Shown here: positions 13,301 to 27,690 of the stretch, in pieces | How the letters are laid out: each line of letters begins with the position of its first letter | Numbering within the stretch: position 1 is the stretch's first letter | Assembly (NCBI RefSeq): GCF_036588685.1 | Contig: NC_086375.1 | Coordinates: forward strand, 72,912,001-72,976,000 | DNA length: 64,000 nt | Source: Mytilus trossulus | Taxonomy: Eukaryota | Direction: 5' to 3' | Translations under genes and position numbers: made by a program | Notes under the pieces: model-generated | Database searches by the model: none | Told to the model about the DNA's origin: nothing | What the model saw: the letters and a program-made list of their open reading frames with translations, nothing else

Positions 13301-16166
13301 ATAAAAAATCTCATGGTTTATGAAGTTAAAATCGTGATTCTGTTATAGTGCTGATAGATATAAGAAGATGTGGTATGAGTGCCAATGAGACAACTCTCCA
13401 TCCAAGTCACAATTTGTAGATGTAAACCACTAAAAATGACTACTGTAATACCATTCATATAGGAAAACCACAGGTCTTATCTAGGTAAAATATGAGAAAT
13501 AAGAAACACTTAAGAAGCTCATCAACAATGTGATGTATTGATTTATTTCAGGCATTTTGAGAGAGTACATGAAACAAAATATTCAAAGAAAAGTTGAAAG
13601 TGAAGAAATTGGTGCAAAACAAAATATGGAGGTATATTTTATTTATATACATATTTTTACTGTGTCATATATACTATTTTATGTATTGCTCTCTGCTATC
13701 TGTTATTTATGCTTTCGCAAATAAAAAAATAAAAAATAAATTGGGAACAGTTTTATGATTAAACTTGACACTTAGGACTACTTTTAAACATGCTTACATG
13801 CTATTTCTCTTGTTACAAAACATTCATATTTGTATATACCAAAATAGATAATGAGGATTATCAGGATTTGTTATATTTTTAGAGTGAAAAGGCCCTGTTG
13901 TATGACTCAATAAAAGCTGATTTAGAGGATAAGATCAGAAGACTGGAGGAAGATAGACATAATATAGACATATCTTCAGGTAATCTCTCATGGAAAAGGA
14001 TGCACAAGTGTTTGAGAAATAAAGTCAGATGGTAGAAAAGTACAATCTGTAAAAAAAAAAAAAAATATTAGAACCTATTAAAAAGTACCCTCACCATCAG
14101 ACAATGTGCTTAACTGTTTTATAGTAAAAATATACAAAGAATAAAGTATTGAAAAAATATGGCTTGAATTATCAACAGACTTTTATATAGATGTCTGTTT
14201 TAAAGAAACCATAGCTCTTAATAATATCTGATGTTTATACTTTAAGGGCAAAAATGAGAACTACATGGTAACACAAGTAATTCCTTTTAATGATTTATAG
14301 ATTTACATAAGATAACTTTACTCCAAATCTGTTTAATCAAAGTCAAAATTGTGTTTTAAGTCTACTGCTTAAAAAGTTTAAAACTAGATGCATATAAAAC
14401 AAAAATTGATATGTATATTATTGTAATTACAAATACTGATTATTTTGTATCAGTTTTGATATTGATGCACTAATGAAAGATAACATTTAAGATATGGTAC
14501 TTTAGTAATGTTTGAATATTGTTTATTATTATTTTTACAGATTTATGGCATGAATCTCATATTTCAAAGAAAAACAAAAAGAAAAATGATTCTTTTTCTA
14601 CAGATCGAAGGAAAAAGCCAGTTACAATCACAGGTTTGCAACTTTCTCATACAAACATTCTTTATTCTAGTGTCAAAATTTCAATTTGAGTGTGAATATT
14701 ATTCTTTGATTCAATGTACATATACTGATTAATCTGTTGAATATTTTGGACTTAAATTTCCAGAGTTGATGTTTGAAATTTATGCATTCATTTTTGGTCA
14801 CACTTAGTGACTTTCGTTGTTGTCCATTTTCTTTGTAAACTTTTGAATAAAATCTTTTATTTTGAAATAATTGGGCCAAATATTGTCAAACTCCTTTAGG
14901 AATTAATGTAGGTAATACAGTTTGGAAGTTGTATGATAGTATCCAAAGATTTTCAAAGACTGGTTACCTATGATTATTATATCTCAAAATCACAAAATTT
15001 ACAATAAAATGCAAAACAAGAAATTAACATTTAGCCAGTCTAATAAAATGCAATATTCACATATTTTAAAGAAACTTGATAAAGGAAATTAAGGATATAT
15101 TATGTCACTCTTTTTCCATACATTTAACATGTTTAAGCAGTTGTGCAATACATGATTAAATCTGCCTGTCTAAAAGATTTAAAAGGATTTTACTGATTTT
15201 TATTTTTATTTTTTAGGACCATATATTGTGTATCTTTTGAGAGATGTAGATATTATTGAAGATTGGACAGAAATTAAAAAGGTAAGCATTTTCAAAATTT
15301 ATTGAATTTGATCTTCAGCTAATTTGTGTCATCATTTACCTTGTAAGTACACTGTAGAATTGGTATCAGAAGATAAGGTATTGGATATACATGTTACCAA
15401 TCATATAGCTTGCAGATAATATGGTCTTACCATAAGTAAAAAGTATATTAATTATTGTGCATAACATCCATATTTCCAATGTAGTTAACATTCCTGCATT
15501 CAATATTTATTACATATAGGTTTTATTTTATTAGTTTCAATTTTTTCTCCCTTATGTATATTTGATTCTACAATAAATCAGAAAATTTCTAATGGATAAA
15601 ATTGAGAAAGGAAATGGGGAATGTGTCAAAGCGACAACAACCTGACCATAGAGCAGACAACAGCCGAAGTCCACCAATGGGTCTTCAATGTAGCGAGAAT
15701 TCACGCACCCATAGGTGTCCTTCAGCTGCCCCCTAAAAAACATATTTTGCATTTAATAAATAATTGTTAAATCCACAAATTATATGGAATAGCTTTAGGT
15801 CTTTGTGTAAAGTAGTGCTCTATATATACATTCTCCAACTCTCATAGTGGTTGTTGCTATAGTGCATTCACTAAAGTCAATCCATCCATTGGTTTGTCAA
15901 AAAATTTCACTGTTACAATTTCCAAGAACAGCTGATCAGAACTTATTTATTCAACAGTTTGACAGTGATGAGTTATAAAATGTGAAACACTTCTTCCTGT
16001 TTACTGATTCTTTAAAAAATTTTATTCGTTAAACATATTTTTTATTCAAATATTCAGTATGTTGAAAGAATATTTATTGTTATACAAATTAATCCATTTC
16101 ACAATCATTGTCACATTTCAGGCATTAAAACATAGTCAGAAGAGGAAATTAGAGTGTGAATTCTGA
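10337..16166 (+). CDS. BRMS1L: Breast cancer metastasis-suppressor 1-like protein (Sds3-like family, Sin3/HDAC complex), 241 aa
   Basis: Exons 10337-10463, 11496-11586, 12453-12580, 13552-13631, 13883-13979, 14541-14633, 15217-15281 and 16122-16166 are all GT-AG with matching phases (726 nt). The translation has an acidic N-terminus followed by [64 protein letters not shown] and [24 protein letters not shown], which match BRMS1/BRMS1L motifs. Confidence 0.95.
15599..15746 (-). mobile_element. Truncated copy of SINE-like family A
   Basis: aattgagaaaggaaatggggaatgtgtcaaag...ccttcagctg(c/g)cccctaaaaa also occurs at 24129, 25010, 29241 and 30146, and inverted at 46675 and 62390. Confidence 0.75.
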
Positions 16167-16569
16167 ATTCATTGTAAGTATGTTTAACCAATTTAAAAAA
16201 AGTACATAAATGAAAAAGAGTTTATGGTACATTGTATACATATACATTTTAAAAGTGAGAAGATACATTTAGAAATTCAAGTGATGGCCCTCTTGTTTCA
16301 CTTTACAATGTTTTATTTTCTCTATTTATTACCTGAACCAATTGAGCCATGTGCATCCCATCACTAGCTAAGGGTAAAGGTTGCATGAATACAGATTAAA
16401 TGAGGTTGAACTATGGACTAGCAAGACAATATCAGCCATGTGTTTTCAGCTTTAGTATTTTGACAAAATTTAATCAAATTTTGATAACTGCTAGTAATGA
16501 AGTATTATTTCAATATCCTGCTTTTCATGTATATTGTTTCAAACAAACAAAAAAAATATTTTTCAACCA

Positions 16570-17300
16570 GATTATTGTGACAAAAATGTCGGTTATCGAT
16601 TTTGGGATGTAAGGTGGGCGGCTGTTCAGGCGGGCAGGCAGAAGCCAAATTGTGTCTGTGCATTTACTCATCAACCATTCAACTCAAGTTTTTAAAATTT
16701 TAATATGTTGTTAATGAAAACGAAACGGAGGTCAAGTTCAATAATGATGATTTTGACTTTTACCATTACGGAGTAATGGTTCTTGAAAGATTGAAAAATG
16801 GTGTTTCCAGTTGTGTCCATGCATTTACTCATGAACTGTTCAACCAAAGCTTTTAAAATTTTGATATGTTGTTCCTGATGACAAAATGGAGGTCAAGTTC
16901 AATACTTTTACCGTTAAGGAGTTACAAAATGTATGGTTCTTAAATGATTGAAAAATGGTGTTTCCAGTTGTGTCCTTGTATTTACTCATGAACCGTTCAA
17001 CCTAAGCTTTTTCAAATTTAAACATGTTACTGATGACAAAATTGAGGTCAAGTTTAAAATTGGTGATTTTCACTTTTTTCTGTTCAGGAGTTATGGTTCT
17101 TGAAAGATTGAAACATTTTGTTTCCAGTCATGCTGTTGCATTTACTCATAAACCATTCAACTAAACCTTTTCAAATTTTAATATGGTGTTACTGATGACA
17201 AAATGGAGATCAAATTTAATATTGACGATTTTCACTTTCACTTGCATGACTTATCAGCAGTTATGGTTCTTGGGATATTGAAAAATGCCAGGACACAAGT
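16570..17300 (+). mobile_element. HINE-like element with four ~160-bp tandem units, inside a predicted 3'-UTR intron of BRMS1L
   Basis: A ggcgggcaggcag microsatellite is followed by the unit catttactcatgaac..ttcaac..aagc..atgacaaaatggaggtcaagttcaat..atggttcttga at ~16660, 16820, 16980 and 17138. Confidence 0.7.
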
Positions 17301-18756
17301 AAATGGTAATAAATCATTTTGTAGTTGCTCTGACAGCCGCTTGTTTTATAAATGTAGCAAATGGCCCTTTTGCCAATGATATATTAATTGAATATTGCAG
17401 AGGTAAAGAAGGAATTCCAAGCAGTCTGTGATAGTTCACCCCAGAACTTAGGGAACCAGAAATGACAGAACAGAGGCATTTATCTGGTACCTGGTTTATT
17501 GGTGAATCTTTTGGGCACCAGTGCTGTGTTGTACAACAGACAGAAAGTTGCATATCAAAGATTCAAAGTTGTACTGAAATGTTAAATGAAATGATAGTAC
17601 ATTGTAATTCTTTGACCATCAAAATGGCATTTTTTTATGTTTGAATGATGGATGGTGTACCAAGTATGAAAGAGTGACTACGTTCCATTTCATTATTTCA
17701 TTTAATTTAGGTATTCATTTTGTTTGAAAAATTAACGTCAGAAACCCTGAGTAAAGCAAAGAAAAGAGTTGTTTTTTAGGTAAAGGATTATTTGTAATTG
17801 TAACTGGTTATCAGAAGTACAAATGATAGGTTTTTATAAACTGTGCCAAATTATTGTTTTTATCAATTATTATGAAAGAGTTTATGTAACCAAGCTTAAT
17901 TCAAGCTACATATTGTGTATGGGATGCTAAATTCCAATGGATTGTGAATTTATGAGGATATAAAAAATGTTTTGAGGAAAAGACCTTTCCTCTAGAATTA
18001 AGAAATAGAAGATATAATTGAATAGTTATAGGAGATAAAAAATACAAAGGAGGGTTAATCATTTAGTTTTCTAGCCTTATATCACTACAGGACAATTTAT
18101 AAAATTGAATCATTGGAGTTACACCCCAAATTATATTACAAAGCACATTTCATAAGACATTTATTTCCATAATGTGTTATGTGATGTCTGTTACATTTTT
18201 TACATTTTTGTACATGGTTGTAGTAGAAATAAATATCTTTGATCTGTGAGGGTCAAGTGATTTACAAGACACACATTCTGAATATATCTTAAAATAAGAT
18301 TTTGACACAGATTTTTTGGTTTCAATAATGAAATGGAAATTGTGATGGATGCATATTTTTGTATCTTCAAGTTTACTAGTAATCAAATTTTAAAACATTT
18401 TATAACTTTTTAAAAGAATTTTGTAATATATTGTGAATGTTTGAGAAAAACTTTTAAAATAATCATGCTTATTATTAATCACTACATCAATTAATTTTCA
18501 ATTCAGTAAGCAGCAGAGTTAGATTTGGGCCTATTTTATGAGCTGGTGCATAACCATTTTTGGTTGAACATAGATCATTAAAAAAAAACAATCTGAAATC
18601 ATGTCTTAGTTGTATTTTGTTTGTATGTCTCATTTATTTTATGTTTGGTTCATGCTGTTAAGTTTTAGTGTATATCAAAGAATGATATTGTGATCATTGT
18701 CAAATAAAATATTAAAAAACACTTACAATTATTAACATATACTTGATGAACTTTAT

Positions 18757-19250
18757 AGATATAAGATGGGGTATGACCATTTGAGTGCTAATGAGACCAC
18801 TCTCTATCTAAGTTCCAATTTATAAAAAGTTAACCATTATAGGTCTTCAACATGGAGTCTTGGCTCACACAGATCACCAAGCTATAAAGGGCCCCAAAAA
18901 TTACTAGTGTTAAACCATTCAAACAGGAAAACAACAGTCCTATCTGTATTAAAAACGAGAAACACTTATAAACCACATCAACAAATGACAACTACTGAAC
19001 ATCACATTTTTGACATAGGACAGGAGCAAACAATTGCAGCAGGTTTAAACGTTTTTTTTAATAAGTACCAACCTTCACCCTTATCTGTAACGATATTGTA
19101 ACATCACAAAGTAGAAAGACCCACTATAAAATATCAATTGAAATGGCTTAACTCAATCAAGACATTAACGCAAGTGAACATACACTGAATGAATAAATTT
19201 GATCTAAGGTACAATTTAAAAACAAAATCTATGAAATGAGGGATGAATAA
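18757..19250. mobile_element. SINE-like family B copy
   Basis: atagatataagatg..gc(c/t)aatgagac..ctctc(c/t)atc..aagctataaagggcccc..ttactagtgt..accattcaaac is shared with 13357-13530 and 52833-53250. Confidence 0.7.
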
Positions 19251-20927
19251 TTAAAGTAACAGTATTATACCACAGTGAAATGTTTAAACAGTTGAACACA
19301 TTTTTTCTGCCTGAGTTAATAAGACTTTTCACAATTTCTTTAGGGGTTGGTTGGGGTGGTGGTCAATTCCCTAACACCATAGTGTATTGCACAAAAGAAA
19401 GAAAGAAAAAAGGGGTCAACTTTTTTTTTGTGGGGGTCAATTTGCAACAGCATAAGCAAAAAATATATAAATTCAAATCATATAACCAATTCCAAGTTCT
19501 TTGACAATAGTTAATCTGTGTCAAATAATTAATTACAATTCAGACCTGCATCAAGAGTGAGTATTGTGTCAATTTTGCCCCAACTGTTCAGGGTTGAACC
19601 TCTGGTAGTATCCAGCTGCGTTTAGGGAAGCAATTTATTTAACTTAAGTTTACCTCAACTACCGGTAAATGTTTTGAATCTTAAATACAATGTTTATTAC
19701 AACAAAACAGATCAAGATAAAATTTTGGTAGCATCACTTTTACCATTGTAGAGTTATACTCCTTATCAAAGGGTAAGTTGCTGAAATTTTTGTTTCCATT
19801 CTCAATCTTTAGTTTGCCTCAACCAAATGTTATGAAACTTATACACAATTGTTATTTCCACAACACTCAGATCTTGTTGTAATTTTGGCGGTGTCATTTT
19901 TAACATTCTAGAATTATGCCCCTTTACAAATGGAAAAATTGCTGAATTTTTCGTTTCCAATTTTTAACTTTAGTTTGCCTCAAAAAAATGTTATGAAACT
20001 TGTACACAACACTAATTATAACAAACCTCAGATTAAATACAAATTTGGGTATTGTAAGTTATGTCCCTTTTTAATGTTTTGCAAGCATTGGCATCATCTT
20101 TTGTGTCCCATGGACACATTCCCCATTTATTCATTTAAAAATTTTGTCTGATGAACCAAGCCTCCCAACCAACATAACTGCTATGGTCAAATTAGAACAC
20201 AGGGGTCAATAATCAGTAAACTATTACAGGGAAAATATGAATTTCTGTTGTTTTACCCAAAATTATACATCTGCCCTAAAATGAAGATCTGCCCTAAAAT
20301 GAAGATTTAACAACACCTCCAGAATGCAACTCTGGGCATACTGCCCACATCACAGAAAATCTTCATACTTGGAAGAACTTGTGTAGTTGACCATATACAT
20401 ATACCACAATTTTTTTCTTCCATATTTACTGCAGTTATAGGTCTTGACAAGTTTTGTCATTACTTGTAACACCATTTGAACACACCTCGTAGACCAGTTT
20501 ACAGAAAGCTCTCATATTTAGGAGGACTGTGTTGCATCATGTGGAGTTGACCTGTCAAATGCATGCAAAAGGAGTAATTGCCTTTAAATGACAAATTTAC
20601 ATCATTTTTTATGCCCCTGTAGGCATTTAGTTTTACACCTATCTGTTTGTACATAAGTCCCAAAGTGTGTTTCCTTTCTCTAACTTTTAATAGTGTGCTT
20701 TAACCAAATGTTATGAAACATGTACGGAATGTTAATTACCACAGAACACATATCAAGTTTGCTTTTTGTGACATCACTTTAATCATTCTAGAGTTATGCC
20801 CTTCACAAATGAAATAAAAATTGCTGATTTTTTTGTTCTGTTCTCTTAAGCTTACTTTAGTTTGCCTCAACCAAATGTTGTAAAACTTATTCAGAATTTC
20901 TGTTACCACAAATTTCATATCAGGTAC

Positions 20928-23343
20928 AAAGGAGAAGGTTCAGTAAGACACCATTTTGGCCCCGAAATATAGCAGTTTTAGAAAATTGTGAAAATGTAAT
21001 CTTTATGCTATACTTTGGTAAGTAAAAGGCTTCTGCTACATAGATATGAGCTGTTTTTGACAATACAATGCACACATTTCGCGTTCTAGCTTCATTAAAT
21101 CATGCTAAATTACTGAAATCCTGAGGCCGCATTCATGTTCATTCATAATATTGAAATGTAAGTTGTATTTGATGATAATACAAAAACATATTTAAAGGTT
21201 GAGGATGAACACGGATGTGGCCACTTTCATTTTTGACATAAACCATCCGAAAAGTGACGTTTTTTGGCATATTTGATAGATTTTTATACGACCGCAAAAT
21301 TTGAAAAAATTTTCGTCGTATATTGCTATCACGTTGGCGTCGTCATCTGCGTCGTCAGAATACTTTTAGTTTTCGCACTTTAACTTTAGTAAAAGTGAAT
21401 AGAAATCTATGAAATTTTAACACAAGGTTTATGACCACAAAAGGAAGGTTGGTATTGATTTTTAGAGTTTTGGTCCCAACATTTTAGGAATTAGGGGCCA
21501 AAAAGGGCCCAAATAAGCATTTTCTTGGTTTTCGCACTATAACTTTAGTTTATATTAATAGAAATCTATGAAATTTTGACACAAGGTTTATGACCACAAA
21601 AGAAAGGTTGGGATTGATTTTGAGAGTTTTGGTTTCAAAAGTTTAGGAATTAAGGGCCAAAAAAGGGCCCAAATAAGCATTATTCTTGGTTTTCGCACAA
21701 TTACTTTAGTTTTAGGAAATAGAAATCAATGAAATTTAAACACAATGTTTATGACCACAAAAGGAAGGTTGGTATTGATTTTGGGAGTTAAGGTCCCAAC
21801 AGTTTAGGAATTAGGGGCCAAAAAGGGACCCAAATAAGCATTTTTCTTGGTTTTCGCACCATAACATTAGTATAAGTAAATAGAAATCTATGAAATTTAA
21901 ACAAGGTTTATGACCATAAAAGGAAGGTTGGTATTGATTTTGGGAGTTTTGGTCCCAACAGTTTAGGAATAAGGGGCCCAAAGGGTCCAAAATTTAACTT
22001 TGTTTGATTTCATCAAAATTGAATAATCTGGGTTCTTTGATATGCCGAATCTAACTGTGTATGTAGATTCTTAACTTTTGGTCCCGTTTTCTTATTGGTC
22101 TACATTAAGGTCCAAAGGGTCCAAAATTAAACTTAGTTTGATTTTGACAAAAAATGAATTGGTTGGGTTCTTTGATATGCTGAATCTAAAAATGTACTTA
22201 GATTCTTGATTATTGGCCCAGTTTTCAAGTTGGTCCAAATCGGGGTCCAAAATTAAACTTTGTTTGATTTCATCAAAAATTGAATAAATGGGGTTCTTTG
22301 ATATGCCAAATCTAACTGTGCATGTAGATTCTTCATTTTTGGTCCTGTTTTCAAATTGGTCTACATTAAAGTCCAAAGGGTCCAAAATTTAACTTAGTTT
22401 GATTTTAACAAAAATTGAAATCTTGGGGTTCTTTGATATGCTGAATCTAAATATGAACTTAGATTTTTGATTATGGGCCCAGTTTTCAAGTTGGTCCAAA
22501 TCAGGATCTAAAATTATTATATTAAGTATTGTGCAATAGCAAGTCTTTTCAATTGCAAAGTATTTCACAATGGCAAGAAATATCTAATTGCACAATATTG
22601 GGAAATAGCAAAAAAAAAATTTAATAAGAGTTATCTTTCTTTGTCCAGAATCAACTTAAATCTTTGTTATATACAATATACAATGTATGTTCACTTTTTA
22701 CTACCAACTGAAAAATTAAAAATAACCTTAACCATTCAGTGATAACAAGCAGTTTTTTTTACATCTTAATATTTTATGATGTATTTAAATGAGTAGTTAT
22801 TGTTGCAAACTCCATTAGAAATTTTAATTGAGATTAGTTTTGGAATAAGGGAAAGGGGGATGTGATTAAAAAAATTGGGTTCAATTTTTCTCATTTGAAA
22901 TTTCATAAATAAAAAGAAAATTTCTTCAAACATTTTTTGAGAGGATTAATATTCAACAGCATAGTGAATTGCTCTAAGAGAAAACAAAATTTTTAATTTC
23001 ATTAGAACACATTCATTCTGTGTCAGAAACCTATGCGGTGTCAACTATTTAATCACAATCCAAATTTAGAGCTGAATCCAGCTTGAATGTTGTGTCCATA
23101 CTTGCCCCAACCGTTCAGGGTTCAACCTCTGCGGTCGTATAAAGCTATGCCCTGCGGAGCATCTGGTTCATATTTAACCTTGAATCAGAGCATTTTTAAT
23201 GACTGAATCAGTTAAAATCTTTCATAAAAACTAATCGAATCAATTGAAATAGACACTTAAGTGTTTAAAAAGTGTCCAAAAACTTTCGGTAGATGAACTT
23301 GAAATTTGAGGCCAAAATCTAACCTTACTGGATCTACTCCTTT
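20928..23343. mobile_element. ~550-bp MITE (aaaggag(t/a)agg...ctactccttt termini) split by a HINE insertion
   Basis: Terminal inverted repeats. An uninterrupted copy in the opposite orientation lies at 47145-47697. Confidence 0.75.
21281..23168 (+). mobile_element. Helentron-associated (HINE-like) element with two internal tandem arrays
   Basis: Subterminal inverted repeat tttatacgaccgca / tgcggtcgtataaa, a short 3' GC-rich hairpin region, and insertion into a T-run. It holds ~164-bp units x4 (21370-21990) and ~223-bp units x2-3 (21983-22510). 3'-end fragments of related elements occur at ~12110 and ~19580. Confidence 0.85.
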
Positions 23344-24464
23344 TGACAGCATCATTTTTACCGTTTTTCAGTTATGTCCCTTTATAACTTTCTATGATAG
23401 ACATGCAGGTGCATCATCTGTGTCCGATGGACACATTCCCCATTTATTTAAATACTTGAATCATTAGGTCAACTATATTTGGTGCATGGAATGATTGTAA
23501 GGTGATTATGTCTGTTGCATTTCTGACCTTGACCTCATTTTCATGGTTCATTTGTCAATGTAATTTTTCCTGGTTAAAGTCTTTTTCTTTGACACAATGT
23601 GCAATAGATCAACTATATTTAAAGCATTTTTGGTGTATGGATTGACTAAGGTGTTAATGTGTATTTCCAGTTTGGTTTATCATACCTTGACCTTATTTTC
23701 TTGGATCATATATGGGTTAAGTTTATGTGATAATTGAAGTAAAGCTTTATATTTAGGAATATCAACATAAAAGCAATGGGCAGTAAAGAAGGTTAGACAT
23801 TTCAGCATTTGATTTCTTTTTGTGGATTATATTTCTGGCAGGTCTTGTATGACTGTGGCCATATTTTCATGATTTTTTCGCTGAGTTTATCAGATATTAT
23901 GAGCAATATGTTATCTTGTGTATGGCATCATATGGTGTACATGTCGGTTTAGCAGGGTCAAATGACTTTCACCTTATTTTCTTGGTTTAATGTTCAATAT
24001 TAATTTCTCTTGGATAATATAAGGACTAGAATGTATAGAAGATATCTGGATGTATTCATAGATGTATATGATGGATGACCTTTATGTACTTTACATCAAA
24101 CAACGCTAAGCTTAAATATCAACAATAAAATTGAGAATGGAAATGGGGAATGTATCAAAGAGACAACAACCCGACCATAGAAAAAAACAACAGCAGGTAT
24201 GTAATAACTAACTTTATTTATTCATTACTAGCAAAATATGTTTAACAATTTGTCTATCAAAGCTCTGTTTTCCTTCAGACCTCAAACCAGGGTCCTATCA
24301 TAGGTTTGCTTGGAGTGAAAGTCCCTTGTTTAGATCCTCTAGGTCAACTTCTTCTTTCAGAAATAACATATGCCAGTATATGAACGATTTAATTGATATT
24401 TTAGGTATATGTATAATACATGAAATATTTACAATATCACATAAAATTACATCTGTCAACAAAA

Positions 24465-26126
24465 TCATGATGATTCTGGTTTATATCCTGAAATTTTGAA
24501 CTCTTTTTCTTCTGGTAAAGGGTTTTCTCCAGATTCAACTTTTGCTCTAAATTTTAAATATTCTCTCCGTCTATCGAAATGTTTTACCTAAAAAATATAA
24601 CAAAATATTTCAAATCACTGATGAAGAAGCATATTTTAATAACCTCCATGCAATGTAGATATAAAATATGTATCTCTTATTGCGAAAATATGTTTTTTTG
24701 TTGTTGTTGTTGTTTTTTTTTTATTTGTATAAAAATAAATGTATTCTGTAAATGTCATCTGGTATCATTTCTGTATAGGAATTGACACCAATAAAATTAT
24801 TTGATTTGATTTGATTTGAAAGTCTCTCATGGGTAAAATATGATTGACAAAGACTGTTGAGAGGTTGTTGAACAAGTATAATTTATAAACTGATTTGGTC
24901 AGAGTATTATAATTACAATTTTTTGTTGAACATGATTTAGAGCCCTGTGTTAGACCTACTTCCTTATATTGAATTTTAACAATGATAGCAGAGAATGATT
25001 ATAATGGTAAAATTGAAAATGGAAATGGTGAATGTGTCAAAGAGACAACAGTATGACTAAAGAGAAAAAAAAGTCCATGCATTATAATTTTAAAATCAAT
25101 GAGACCCTTAAATCTATTTTAAATAGAAAATATATATGATTGAACAACTTGTATGTGTGCATGAGGTCAACACAGAGATATCTAGACCTGAAAGTAGAAT
25201 ATCTCCTGAGGACAAAGTCCAAGGTCAATATACTTCTTTTTATTAATACATCTTTGAATTGACCTACCACTTTACTTTCGAAATTAATTTATTTTTGTAA
25301 CTTTTGCAAGTAGAAGAATAATGTGAAATTAATTGTCACTAAAACTTAAAACTTTGATCTCTCCTTTATGAATAAAGTCATGAAAATTTGAAAATCTTGA
25401 GTAATGCAAAATCAAGTATCCACGAAAAATAAGTTGGTTTACAGTATTTCTTAAGACCAGCAATTATAATTAAATCATGATTACATGCATAACAGGTTTC
25501 ACAGCATTCATAGAAAAAAAGACAATCTATTTTTATGGCCCGCAACGAAGTTGAGGTTGCCATATAGTTTTAACCTTGTCCATTATTCTTTCATTCTGTC
25601 ATTCCGCAACAAACCATTATACAGACTTTTTTTCTAAAAGCCTTCAGATATTGGGAGAATATTTGGTATGTAAGTTAACCAAGATGAGTTACAGATCAAG
25701 TTTAAGGTAAGTTCCACTCAGATAATTTTTGCCGAAATAACAGGCTTTGGACTTTGATAAATTGTTGAAAATCACAGTTATACGATATATATTGATATGT
25801 GAGACTACCATCAAGGTTGTGTCCATTAGTGTTGTTGAAATTGCAGTTTTTCAATTTTTTGAGACGGGCCATTTGTGTCGTTTCCACACATCTAGTTTAA
25901 CTATCTTTTAAAAAAATGAATTAAATATAATGTAATAATAATAGTTTACCCATGTTCTCGAACAAAATGATTCATATGGCTTTCTGAGTTCTGCACACTT
26001 TTCTGATGCTTTTTCTTTTCCTAGTTTCTCTTCATGTCTAGATAAACAGTTCCAATAGTTATCTCTTGCTCCCCAACATTTTTCTCTGTCAGCTTTTCCA
26101 GAAATAGGACCTACAGATTCTGACAT
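24465..26126 (-). CDS. COA6: Cytochrome c oxidase assembly factor 6 homolog (COX6B-like twin-Cys protein), 99 aa
   Basis: Exons 26126-25950 and 24587-24465 join in phase 0 (GT-AG). Translation: MSESVGPISGKADREKCWGARDNYWNCL...KCAELRKPYESFCSRTWVKHFDRRREYLKFR... It shows the CX9C and CX10C spacing, the R..CW.ARD.YW.CL motif and the WV.HFD.RR motif of COA6. Confidence 0.92.
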
Positions 26127-26484
26127 TGTTCACATTTACATTTGTAGCTACTGAAAAATAAAAATCTTATTATATATTATATATTTGCAAAATAAATATT
26201 GAAGAAACTTCAACTACTGATCAGTATGAATAGATGTCATTGTGGGTATACAATTTATACCAAAGAGACAGCAATCAAATGACAAAATGATCTTTGGCAA
26301 GTACAGCTAGACACTAAAAATAAATCAACATTTTTATTATTTCAAAGCCATTATTCCTCAATGATTTTGGTCATGTTGGCATTTTTGTAGATAGGGGTCC
26401 ATGCATCAACTGCAAAAGGTTGTGTTAAAATTAACAGTGGCATTGTTTTGGAACACTGAGTATGATTAATTTTTGGATGATTAA

Positions 26485-27690
26485 ACTAGAGGCTCTAAAG
26501 AGCCTGTGTCCGCTCATATTGGTTTAAGTGAATATTCAACAAAGTACACAGATGGATTCATGACAAAATTGTGTTTTGGTGATAGTGAAGTGTTTGTAGA
26601 TCTTACTACACTGAACATTCTTGCTGCTTACAATTATCTCTATCTATAATGATTGGCCCAGTAGTTTCAGTGGAAAATATTAGTAAAAAATTTACAAATT
26701 TTATGAAAATTGTTAAAAATTTACTATAAAGGGCAATAACTCATTTGGAATTTGACCATTGACCATTTTGGTCATGTTGACTTATTTTTAAGTCTTACTT
26801 TGATGAACATTATTGCTGTTACAGTTTATCTCTATTTATAAAAATATTCAAGATAACAACAAAAAACAGCAAAATTTCCTTAAAATTACCAATTCAGGGC
26901 CAGCTACTTAACAACTGGTTTTCGGATTCATCTGAAAATTCCAAGGCAGATAGATTTTGACCTGATTAACAAATTCACCTCCTTTGTCAGATTTGCTCTA
27001 ATTTCTTTGGTTTTTGAGTTATAAGCCAACAACTGCATTTTACCCCTATATTCTATTTTTAGCCATGGCAGCCATCTTGGTTGGTTGGCCGAGTCACTAA
27101 ACACATTTTTCAAACTAGATACCCCAATGATGATTGTGGCCAAGTTTGGTTAAATTTAGCCTGGTAGTTTCAGAGGAGAAGATTTTTCTAAGAGATTACT
27201 AAGACTTACGAAAAATGGTTAAAAATTTACTATAGAAGGCAATAACTCCTAAAGAGGTCAACTGACCATTTTGGTCATGTTGACTTATTTGTAAATCTTA
27301 CTTTGCTAACATTATTGCTGTTTACAGTTTATCTCTATCTAAAATACTATTCAAGATAAAAACCAAAAACAGCAAAATTTCCTTCAAATTACCAATTCAG
27401 GGGCAGCAACCTAACAACGGATTGTCTGATTCATCTGAAAATTTCAGGGCAGATGGATCTTGACCTGATAAACAATTTTATAACATGTCAGATTTATGTA
27501 AACGCTTTGGTTTTTGAGTTAAAGCCAAAAACTGCATATTACCCCTTTGTTCTATTTATAGCCATGGTGGCCGTCTTGGATGGTTGCCCGGGTCACCAAA
27601 CACATTTTTTAATAAGATACCCCAATGATGATTGTGGCCAAGTTTGGTCAAATTTGGCCCAGTAGTTTCAGAGAAGATTTTTGTAAAAGT
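26485..27690 (-). mobile_element. HINE-like element with a ~515-bp internal duplication, in the predicted COA6 5'-UTR intron
   Basis: aaactagaggctctaaagagcc terminal hairpin. 26720-27190 is repeated at 27225-27690. Confidence 0.7.

Noticed and set aside
16164-17700. Selenocysteine or readthrough at the BRMS1L TGA
   Set aside because: I found no convincing SECIS by eye, the stop context is not TGA-CTA, and the spliced readthrough peptide resembles nothing I recognise.
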